NCBI GenBank assembly: GCA_038736825.1
Contig: JAVYME010000038.1
Location: forward strand, 1 to 9,941
Direction of reading: 5' to 3'
DNA: 9,941 nucleotides
From: Candidatus Iainarchaeum sp.
GTDB taxonomy: Archaea; Iainarchaeota; Iainarchaeia; Iainarchaeales; DTGL01
Positions within the stretch are counted from its first letter, which is position 1. The number at the start of each line of letters is the position of its first letter. A program made the position numbers and the translations under genes. The notes beneath the pieces were generated by a model. It worked only from the letters and a program-made list of their open reading frames with translations, was not told the DNA's origin and searched no databases. Below are positions 1-6,275 of the stretch, piece after piece.

Positions 1-2
1 TT

Positions 3-2030
3 TCCTTTGAAACAGTTGAAAAGAAAACTGAAATCGATGACTTGAGGGTTGAATTGATTTTGGTTAACCCTCCATCTGGCGAGCAATCCGAAGGACAGGC
101 TTTTTCTTTTACTGCTGTGACAAACCATCCGTTTCCAGAGGAATTGGAGTTTGAATGGTCTTTTGGCGATGGAGTAATAGAAAAAGGCACTGGATTGCGT
201 CGCTCGTTCCATGCATTTTATGGCTTGGGTTCTGACAAGGAAAGGGTTTTCTTGGTGCGCGTTACCGCGAGAGATTCCAAAGGCAGTGCTGCAAGCGCAG
301 AGGTTAGCGTGCGAGTTTTGAAATCTTTTTTCAAGGGCGTGGTTTTAGAGCCAAAGGCAACCGCAATCCATTCCAAAAAAGGGGATCTTAATGTTGTGGT
401 AAAGTTTTTGGATGGCGAGGATCAACTGGTTGACTGCAAAAATATTGAAATTAACGCTTTTTTAGCTGGAAAAAAAGTGAATCTTGCTTGTTCTGGCGGG
501 CTTTTCAAGGGCTCGCTTTCGCTTTGGCTTGGCTTGACTGAAATGGAGCTTTTGGAGTTGTCAGCTGAATTAAGGAATGGCGGGCAAAGGCTTTCTTTCA
601 AAACAAGAGTGCCGGTTTATTTTGAATCCATGCAAGTGATTGCCACAAACGCTTTTCAGGGAAAAAAATATTTTTTAAACGACAAACTGGAAAAAGCGAG
701 AGTTGGCTTTTCAATTGAAGGAATTGGCTTGGTTTCTCCAAAAAAAATCCAGGCTTTTCTTTTGACTGGAAAAAACCCAAAAGAATTGCAATTGCAAGTA
801 AAGGGCTTGGATTGCGAGGTTTCCTTTGACCACCGGGTTTCCGAGCAGGACCTTTCAGAGGGTCTTGCTTTGAAGTTGAGTGGAATTGACGCTTATGGTA
901 ACAAAATAAGTTCTTTGCAACAGGTTCCAATCAGTGATGATAATCCCGAGCTTTCGGTTTTTGTGCTGGAACCATTGCCTGAAGAAATGGTTTTTGCTTT
1001 TTCTCAACAGGTTTTTTTGAGGGCAAAAATTCTTTCCACAAATCCCTACATTGAAAGCCCTCGGATTGAAATTGAGTGCCGTGAAATTGGTTTTTCAAGG
1101 GAACTGTCTTATGATATAAGGACAGGCGAGTTTTCCACTGTAATCCGCTTGCCTGACGCTAATTTTGGTTCCAGCAAGATTAAGTGCAGGCTTTTTGGTT
1201 TTGGTTTTGTTGAAGGCAGGACTGTTGCCGACTTGGAATACCTTGACATTAGCCTTTCAAGGGATTTGAAATTGGAATTTGTTTTTCCAAAGGCTGGCTC
1301 AAACCGGATATGGGAAAACAATGCAAGCGAGTTAAAGGTGAGGGTTTTTCAGCCAAACAACCGGCTTTTCACTGGAACTGGTTTGCAAGGGGTTCTCTGG
1401 ATTGATGGAAACAACCAAAGCGTTTTTTTGCATTTTGATGAAAGGGAAAGGCTTCACAGGGCTTTGCTTGCAGAGCCCGTGCCATTGGGCGAGCATTCCC
1501 TGGAGCTTTTGCTTTCAGGAGATTTTAAGGCGAACTCTAGAATTCCTGTTGTAATCGAAAAAGACTATTTTTTGGCAAGCGCTTTTTTTTACATTTTAAC
1601 CTCAATCTCTTTAGTCATATTCCTGTTTTTCTTGTATGTTCTGGCAAGAAATATTGTTTTGGAGCGCAGGTTCCTTTTAATGGAAAGGGAAAGATTGAAG
1701 TTGTTGCAGCAAAAGTACAAGGTGGAGTTTTTCAAGCAACGCATTTCAGAAAAGGAATTTAGTGAAAAAACAAGGCTTTTCAGTGCCGGAATAAAAAAAA
1801 CAAGCCTTTTGCTTCGCAATGGTTCATGGCTTTATTGCGGTTTTTTGAAAACCTTTTTCAGGTCAAAGGATTTCAAGCGCCTGCCTGAAAAACTGCAGGT
1901 TTTATTGCTGGAAAGCAGGCTTTCAGCAAGGCACTGCGAATACTCTAGGGCAGAAATCCGAAAATTCCTGACAGAAGAAAAATTTGACAGCAACATAATA
2001 GAAAAAGTGCTTGCAAGGCTTTACGGCTGA
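3..2030 (+). CDS. Surface protein with a PKD domain and Ig-like repeats, one C-terminal TM helix and a cytoplasmic tail of about 130 aa; 5'-truncated by the window edge
   Basis: The ORF track starts at TTG 42. The same frame stays open back to nt 3 (SFETVEKKTEIDDL...), so the gene most likely continues upstream. A PKD signature is present: FEWSFGDG...VRVTARDSKGSAASAEVSVRV, with W at nt 156. Beta-rich modules of roughly 100 aa follow. A hydrophobic helix FLASAFFYILTSISLVIFLFFLYVLA (about nt 1570-1650) is followed by a basic stretch RNIVLERRF (positive-inside rule). Stop is TGA at 2028-2030, followed by T-runs. Confidence 0.8.
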   Translation, partial: SFETVEKKTEIDDLRVELILVNPPSGEQSEGQAFSFTAVTNHPFPEELEFEWSFGDGVIEKGTGLRRSFHAFYGLGSDKERVFLVRVTARDSKGSAASAEVSVRVLKSFFKGVVLEPKATAIHSKKGDLNVVVKFLDGEDQLVDCKNIEINAFLAGKKVNLACSGGLFKGSLSLWLGLTEMELLELSAELRNGGQRLSFKTRVPVYFESMQVIATNAFQGKKYFLNDKLEKARVGFSIEGIGLVSPKKIQAFLLTGKNPKELQLQVKGLDCEVSFDHRVSEQDLSEGLALKLSGIDAYGNKISSLQQVPISDDNPELSVFVLEPLPEEMVFAFSQQVFLRAKILSTNPYIESPRIEIECREIGFSRELSYDIRTGEFSTVIRLPDANFGSSKIKCRLFGFGFVEGRTVADLEYLDISLSRDLKLEFVFPKAGSNRIWENNASELKVRVFQPNNRLFTGTGLQGVLWIDGNNQSVFLHFDERERLHRALLAEPVPLGEHSLELLLSGDFKANSRIPVVIEKDYFLASAFFYILTSISLVIFLFFLYVLARNIVLERRFLLMERERLKLLQQKYKVEFFKQRISEKEFSEKTRLFSAGIKKTSLLLRNGSWLYCGFLKTFFRSKDFKRLPEKLQVLLLESRLSARHCEYSRAEIRKFLTEEKFDSNIIEKVLARLYG

Positions 2031-2145
2031 ACTTGTAAATTTCCGGTTTCAAGGCAATTCCTTTTTTCAACAATAAAAGGTTTTTTAAAAAAAACCAGGC
2101 AGTGTTTAAAAAAAGGGTTTTTGCAACACCAAGCAACCAAAAAAA

Positions 2146-2152
2146 TTAAATA
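2146..2152 (+). promoter_or_regulatory. TATA-like box (TTAAATA) preceded by an A-rich, BRE-like tract; candidate promoter of the RNase P RNA gene
   Basis: TTAAATA follows the tract ccaaaaaaa. Its centre lies about 26 nt upstream of GGCAUGCC at 2171-2178, which matches the usual archaeal spacing between TATA box and transcription start. Confidence 0.4.
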
Positions 2153-2170
2153 CTTTGAACGAATTATTAT

Positions 2171-2581
2171 GGCATGCCTTTAAAGCCGCCGGGAAAGCGT
2201 CCAGAGCCAGGGCGCAAGCCAGAAATCTATGTGCGGGACAGAAAGAGAAACCCTCCAGGCCAAGAAAACTATTATTTGCGCTTTCGAGGTGAAGGCGACC
2301 TGGTTGAAGCTTTGGCTGAAAAGAGGATTTCGCGCAAGGGAGCTAAATCCTTGCTTAGAACTCTCAAAAAAGAGGGAATCACCTTTAAAACGATTCGCTC
2401 GTTCAGTGTTTTTGGCGATTCAGGCGGGGGCTGTCATGGCAGGCTTTTGGAATTGCTTTCAAGGCCTGCAATGGGTGGCGGGACAAGCCAGTTCAAGTTT
2501 GTCACTGATTTTCGCGTTAGCCCTGACGGAAAAGTCGAGCTTTTGAGTGTGCGAAGGCACGAGCGCTGGACTTAAGGGCAG
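2171..2581 (+). ncRNA. rnpB: Candidate RNase P RNA (ends uncertain by about 15 nt)
   Basis: This block is visibly more G+C-rich than its flanks.

Motifs appear in the canonical RNase P RNA order:
- GGGAAAGCGUCCAG (2191-2204), compare CR-I GAGGAAAGUCCGG
- ACAGAAAG (2238-2245), CR-II-like
- GGUGAAGGCG (2288-2297), CR-III-like
- CGCUGGACUUA (2564-2574), compare CR-V CCGGCUUA

Base pairing that fits:
- GUCCAG (2199-2204) is exactly complementary to CUGGAC (2566-2571), a P4-like long-range pairing.
- UGCCUUU (2175-2181) pairs with AAGGGCA (2574-2580), a terminal helix.
- Local hairpins: GGC-GCAA-GCC (2211-2220), AGGAUUU/AAAUCCU (2324-2330 with 2345-2351), and a hairpin of about 13 bp at 2439-2469.

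The block has a TATA-like box upstream and T7 immediately downstream. Two long same-strand ORFs in different frames overlap here, which is typical of a GC-rich RNA gene in an AT-rich genome. Confidence 0.6.
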
Positions 2582-2588
2582 TTTTTTT
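2582..2588 (+). terminator. Oligo-T (T7) archaeal-type termination signal after the RNase P RNA candidate
   Basis: TTTTTTT lies directly after the 3' strand of the terminal helix (AAGGGCAG). Confidence 0.5.
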
Positions 2589-2647
2589 GGCATAGCGTTT
2601 GCTTTAATTCTTTTTGCTGGAATTTTTTTCAATAAGGGTTTTTTTGT

Positions 2648-3535
2648 ATGAAGTTATTTTATTCTCCCAGGTTTTTGGAGCACAATACTTTCAGGCATCC
2701 AGAGTGCTCTGAAAGGCTTACTGCAATAATTGGTTTTTTGAAGAAACAGGGTTTTTCTGAAAGGGATTTTGTGGAGCCAAAGCCCGCATTGGAGGAGGAT
2801 GTTTTGTTAGTGCACGAGCAATCGCTTTTGGATGAATTGAAATTGCGTTCCAAGCGCTTGCTTTCAGTGCCGGACAATCCTTTTAATGAGAACACTTATG
2901 AACTGGCTTTGTTGAGCGCTGGCTCGGCTTTTGGTGCTGCAAGGGCTTGCGGGAAAGAGTTTGCTTTTTCGCTTGGAAGGCCGCCAGGGCATCATGCGGG
3001 AATTCGCACTTTTGGTGGTTTTTGTTATTTGAATAATATTGCTTTTGCTGTGAGGAAGGCGCAAAGGGAAGGTCTTGCGAAAAAGGTTTTGATTGTGGAT
3101 TTTGATGTGCATTTGGGGCAAGGCACTCTGGAAATCTTTCAAAGCGATTCTAGTGTTTTTTATTTGTCTTTTCATCAAAACCCTAACACGATTTATCCTT
3201 GGCAAAACCTTGGCTTTGAGGGGGAAAACATTAAAAAAGTGGATTTTTTGCCTGGTGCTCGCGATGAAGAGTTTTTGCGTGTTTTCAAGCAGGAAACCTT
3301 GGCTGTAGCGAAGGCTTTTAAGCCGGACATGGTTGCGGTTTCCGCTGGTTTTGATATTTTTTTCACTGATTCAATGGTTGGCAATGCGCTTGAGGTAAGG
3401 CATCCTGAAACCTTTTTTGAGATTGGGAAAACCTTGAAATCCTTGAAAAAACCGTGTTTTGGGGTTTTAGAGGGCGGTTATGATTTAAAGGTTTTGGGAG
3501 AAAACGTTTTTAATTTCTTGAAAGCATTTATTTAA
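2648..3535 (+). CDS. Histone deacetylase / acetoin-utilisation (AcuC) / acetylpolyamine amidohydrolase family Zn-hydrolase, compact at 295 aa
   Basis: Motifs present:
- an N-terminal HPE..ERL motif
- GRPPGHHAG, the tandem catalytic His 115/116 at nt 2990-2995
- DFDVHLGQGT (nt 3098-3127), giving metal ligands D153 and H155
- VSAGFD, third ligand D236
- LEGGY, catalytic Tyr278

A weak SD-like AAGGG lies about 10 nt upstream of the ATG. Confidence 0.9.
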   Translation: MKLFYSPRFLEHNTFRHPECSERLTAIIGFLKKQGFSERDFVEPKPALEEDVLLVHEQSLLDELKLRSKRLLSVPDNPFNENTYELALLSAGSAFGAARACGKEFAFSLGRPPGHHAGIRTFGGFCYLNNIAFAVRKAQREGLAKKVLIVDFDVHLGQGTLEIFQSDSSVFYLSFHQNPNTIYPWQNLGFEGENIKKVDFLPGARDEEFLRVFKQETLAVAKAFKPDMVAVSAGFDIFFTDSMVGNALEVRHPETFFEIGKTLKSLKKPCFGVLEGGYDLKVLGENVFNFLKAFI

Positions 3536-3587
3536 TGCATTTGTTTGTTTTAAAAAACGCTTTGTTTTTTTTTAGGGTGTTGTTTGC

Positions 3588-4097
3588 ATGCGCGTTCTTA
3601 TTGCTTTTCAAGCTGAAAGCAAGTCTAATGCAAAGGTTGCTGGCACAATGCGCCAAGAGTTTGAGAGACTTGGATGGCAGACAGAGGTTTGCCCTGTGCT
3701 TGCAAAAAAATCCATGAAATGGTTTCATCACGTGAAAGAGTTCAGGAAAAAGAAAAAAATAGAATTAAAGTCCGGTCCAACTGATGTACTGCCTTTTGAT
3801 TTGATTGTTGTGGGAACACCGGTTTGGGCTTACAAGCCAACTCCCTTAATGACTACTTTTTTAAGGGAATTGCAAAACGCTAATGGCAAGAATTTTGCTG
3901 TTTTTGTCACTTGCGTGGGCTTTCCTGGAACAACCTTGAAAACAATTTCAGGAATTTTGCACACTAAATCTGCAAGAGTGATTGATTCTCTGGTTTTAAG
4001 GTCCATTTTTGAGCTTGACGAGAAAAAGCTTGCTTTGGCGAAAGAGTTTGCCAAAAGCCTTGCTGAAAACAAGGCTTTTGAGGAAAAAAAAGAGTGA
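3588..4097 (+). CDS. Flavodoxin-like fold protein
   Basis: The protein opens with MRVLIAF (beta1), followed by ESKSNAKVAG in the position of the flavodoxin S/T-x-T-G-N-T phosphate loop. It also has DLIVVGTPVW...P and NFAVFVTCVG strand-loop motifs typical of short flavodoxin-family proteins. SD-like AGGGTG sits at 3574-3579, 8 nt before the ATG. Confidence 0.6.
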   Translation: MRVLIAFQAESKSNAKVAGTMRQEFERLGWQTEVCPVLAKKSMKWFHHVKEFRKKKKIELKSGPTDVLPFDLIVVGTPVWAYKPTPLMTTFLRELQNANGKNFAVFVTCVGFPGTTLKTISGILHTKSARVIDSLVLRSIFELDEKKLALAKEFAKSLAENKAFEEKKE

Positions 4098-4127
4098 TTT
4101 TTAGGAATTTTTTTTTGCAATGAAAGT

Positions 4128-5135
4128 TCAGCTTTCCTCTGGAGTCCATTCTTCTGGTTCTGGCAAAACTATTTTCCTTCCTTTTGCCGGCATTGTAATG
4201 GAAAAAGAGTTGAGGTTGCGACGCAATATGGAACCATAAGAATCTTGCTTCATTTCAGGCACTTCTTGGCTGGTTTCACTGTCTTTTTCCAGGTTGAAGC
4301 CAAGCTTGCGCTCATTGTATGGAAAAACCACTTGCCATTTATAGGAATCCCTGGAATCCGGTTTCAAGGGAGCAAGCAAAAAAGTGTCCAGGTAAAGGAA
4401 AATGTCTTCTTTTGAATCCTCGTCCTCATCAAACGAAAAAATTGCAGTGCCTGCTTTTTTTTCCTTTGAAAAACCGAATTCTTCAATTGCTGGCAAAAAA
4501 TATGAAAGGTTTGCATTTCCTGCATCCAATGAATCAGTGCCCTTAAACCACATGGTTTTTGAAAACTGCATTGGGAACTCTTGAGCGCTTAAAAGCAAGA
4601 AAAGGCTTTTCTTGTTGGGCGTAACATAATAATTGTATTTTAAAGGATAAACCCCAAAAGAAATGCTTTTTTCTGAAACCTTTCCCGGAATGAATTCGTG
4701 GACTCCAAGGTTTTGCCCTCCATCGCTCATTATGGCAAACCTGTCAGAAGCATTATCCAGCAAAAAATAAAAATCGTTCATGTCTATGCCGATGACCGCC
4801 ACTCTTGCAATGCCTTCCTCGAAATCCATTTCCTCAAAATTGCTGAAATAAAAATAGTAAGGGTTATGGGTTTGATCATCACTGCCGCCAAAAAAAATAT
4901 CTCCTTGATAGAAGTAAGCGGTTGAAACAGGCGTGTCCTCCCATTCAGGCTCCACTTCAATTGTAGTGCTCTTGTCCGCTGGAATGATTTCATTGCTTGG
5001 CTGTGGCTTTAAAAAAAACAAGAAAACCAATACCAGTGCAATTCCCATAATTGCAAGCAATAAAAAAAATTTCAATGCCTGGGGTTTTCTTTCAAAATCC
5101 GCCCTGGCCTGCCTTTCCCTCTTCATGCTATACAT
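4128..5135 (-). CDS. Hypothetical protein with an N-terminal membrane anchor and an acidic, aromatic-rich extracytoplasmic domain
   Basis: This is a 335-aa ORF. A basic N-terminus (MYSMKRERQARADFERKPQ) precedes the TM helix ALKFFLLLAIMGIALVLVFLFFL. I recognise no family motif. A TATA-like AATTTATTTTTAG lies about 15-25 nt upstream on the minus strand and there is no SD, so the mRNA may be leaderless. Confidence 0.7.
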   Translation of the reverse strand: MYSMKRERQARADFERKPQALKFFLLLAIMGIALVLVFLFFLKPQPSNEIIPADKSTTIEVEPEWEDTPVSTAYFYQGDIFFGGSDDQTHNPYYFYFSNFEEMDFEEGIARVAVIGIDMNDFYFLLDNASDRFAIMSDGGQNLGVHEFIPGKVSEKSISFGVYPLKYNYYVTPNKKSLFLLLSAQEFPMQFSKTMWFKGTDSLDAGNANLSYFLPAIEEFGFSKEKKAGTAIFSFDEDEDSKEDIFLYLDTFLLAPLKPDSRDSYKWQVVFPYNERKLGFNLEKDSETSQEVPEMKQDSYGSILRRNLNSFSITMPAKGRKIVLPEPEEWTPEES

Positions 5136-5195
5136 TGAAGGCTTCTAAAAATAAATTCTTTTCTGTCTTTTTTTTAAGCATTAAAAGGGGGTTTT

Positions 5196-5660
5196 TTGAC
5201 GTCCAACAACCTTAAAGGCAACAATTTGACAAAAAGAATGCATTTTTTGACATTAAAAGAATTAAAAAGACTGGAAAGGGAAACCAACAACATTCACTGG
5301 ATTAAAGAGGAAAAGAAAACACTGCTGCCATTAAAGCGCACTGGCTCTTACGATTTCTTGATTGAATCCAGCGAGGGCTTGACTGGCTTTGAAGTAATGA
5401 CAAGGCCAACGAAAGGCAAGTTAAAGGAAAAGCTTCGCTATAAGGGAAAAGTGAATGTTTTTGTTTTCGTGCTTCCATCCAATTCTTTAGGGCTTTACAG
5501 GAAACCGCAAAAGAATGGATTGCATTGCACTGCAAAACCCAAATTTTTCCCAAAAGAGTTTTTTGAACCCAGCCTGCAAGCATGGCTTTTGGATGCAAAA
5601 ACCGGAAGGTTCACAGAAAAAGGGGCTTTTTTCAAAATATTCAATGTTGAAAGGCAATGA
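5196..5660 (+). CDS. Hypothetical basic protein (start uncertain: TTG 5196 or ATG 5238)
   Basis: The ORF is 154 aa from TTG 5196, which follows an SD-like AAAGGGGG (5185-5191). The first ATG is at 5238. I recognise no confident family. The segment SYDFLIESSEGLTGFEVMTRPTKGK loosely resembles a PD-(D/E)xK core. Confidence 0.55.
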   Translation: MTSNNLKGNNLTKRMHFLTLKELKRLERETNNIHWIKEEKKTLLPLKRTGSYDFLIESSEGLTGFEVMTRPTKGKLKEKLRYKGKVNVFVFVLPSNSLGLYRKPQKNGLHCTAKPKFFPKEFFEPSLQAWLLDAKTGRFTEKGAFFKIFNVERQ

Positions 5661-5665
5661 AAAAC

Positions 5666-5673
5666 TATTTATT
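5666..5673 (+). promoter_or_regulatory. TATA-like box (TATTTATT), candidate tRNA-Arg promoter
   Basis: Its centre is about 29 nt upstream of tRNA position 1 (5699). It lies just after the stop codon of the 154-aa ORF. Confidence 0.4.
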
Positions 5674-5698
5674 GCATGCACAACAAATTTATTATGTT

Positions 5699-5771
5699 GG
5701 GCCCGTAGCCTAGTGGATAAGGCAACAGCCTTCTAAGCTGTGGATCGAGGGTTCGAATCCCTCCGGGCCCG
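5699..5771 (+). tRNA. tRNA-Arg, anticodon UCU (reads AGA), 73 nt, no intron, CCA not encoded
   Basis: Hand-folded cloverleaf:
- acceptor stem GGGCCCG/CGGGCCC
- D stem GCCU/AGGC
- anticodon stem ACAGC/GCUGU with loop CU-UCU-AA
- variable loop GGAUC
- T stem GAGGG/CCCUC with loop UUCGAAU
- discriminator G

All stems are Watson-Crick paired. Confidence 0.95.
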
Positions 5772-5772
5772 C

Positions 5773-5779
5773 TTTTTTT
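5773..5779 (+). terminator. Oligo-T (T7) termination signal after the tRNA
   Basis: TTTTTTT begins 2 nt after the discriminator base. Confidence 0.6.
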
Positions 5780-5849
5780 AAGGAAAAGTTTTTTTTTGTA
5801 AGGCAATGCTTTTAATTGATTGCTGGAATGTTTTTAATAGTGGTTTGCT

Positions 5850-6266
5850 ATGAAGAGCCAGAAAATGTCGGTTAAAGAAAGGCAACTTGTAATGAGTGCT
5901 TTGCAAATAATCAGGGCGAACCGTTTGGATAACAAATCGCTTTCTTGTTCAGTGGGTTGTGCTTTGATTGCCGGCAATGGAAAGGTTTACAGGGGAGTGA
6001 ATATTGAGAATTATGCTTCAGCGCCTGTTTCCATTTGTGCTGAAACTGCTGCGATTGCCGGAATGTTTGCTGATGGCGAGAGAAGGATTGAATTTATTGT
6101 TGCTGTGCACATGCCTGACAGGCAGAGCGAGAAATGGAATGTGATTCAGCCTTGTGGAGCATGCAGGCATATTATTGGCGAGTTCGGCAATCCCTGGGTG
6201 GCAATTTCCAATTCGAGAAAGGCAAGGCTTTCACAATTGTATCCCTTGCCTGTAAAGAAAAAGTGA
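5850..6266 (+). CDS. cdd: Cytidine deaminase (small homotetrameric type)
   Basis: Zinc and catalytic motifs are C-A-E-T-A-A-I (C63, E65) and P-C-G-A-C-R-H (C102, C105). A VGCALIAGNGKVYRGVNIEN block typical of cytidine deaminases is also present. Length is 138 aa. Confidence 0.9.
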   Translation: MKSQKMSVKERQLVMSALQIIRANRLDNKSLSCSVGCALIAGNGKVYRGVNIENYASAPVSICAETAAIAGMFADGERRIEFIVAVHMPDRQSEKWNVIQPCGACRHIIGEFGNPWVAISNSRKARLSQLYPLPVKKK

Positions 6267-6275
6267 GCTCTGGTT

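Noticed and set aside
42-44. TTG at 42 as the true start of the PKD protein
   Set aside because: The frame is open to the window edge (nt 3). The region shows no signal peptide or RBS. This extracellular protein needs an N-terminal signal peptide, which must lie upstream.
1584-1591. Intragenic T8 (and many other T5-T8 runs) inside coding regions as premature terminators or slippery sites
   Set aside because: They encode Phe-Phe in frame within Phe-rich proteins. The frames continue uninterrupted, consistent with genome-wide T-rich codon bias. There is no evidence of frameshifting.
2079-2096. Perfect palindrome GGTTTTTTAAAAAAAACC in the ORF1 to rnpB spacer
   Set aside because: It is made only of T and A runs. 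It most likely reflects oligo-T terminator tracts on both strands rather than a specific protein-binding site.
2528-2540. A second CR-I-like string, GGAAAAGUCGAGC
   Set aside because: It resembles GGAAAGUCCGGGC. However, using it as CR-I would push the RNA into the HDAC-family CDS, and no matching CR-V follows it. AAAAG/CUUUU (2530-2544) forms a simple local hairpin instead.
2174-2575. ORFs of 133 aa (2174-2575) and 105 aa (2229-2546) as protein-coding genes
   Set aside because: They overlap each other on the same strand in different frames. They sit in a GC island that carries RNase P RNA consensus motifs, long-range complementarity and many hairpins. They have no SD-like sequence. The 133-aa product begins with a low-complexity P/G/R/K tract. 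I interpret them as spurious ORFs over an RNA gene. A covariance-model search is still needed to confirm this.
5699-5771. tRNA-Arg as an integration site (att duplication, integrase, genomic island)
   Set aside because: I found no second copy of the tRNA 3' end (for example GGTTCGAATCCCTCCGGGCCC) in the window. There is no integrase or recombinase gene. The flanking genes are cdd and an orphan ORF.
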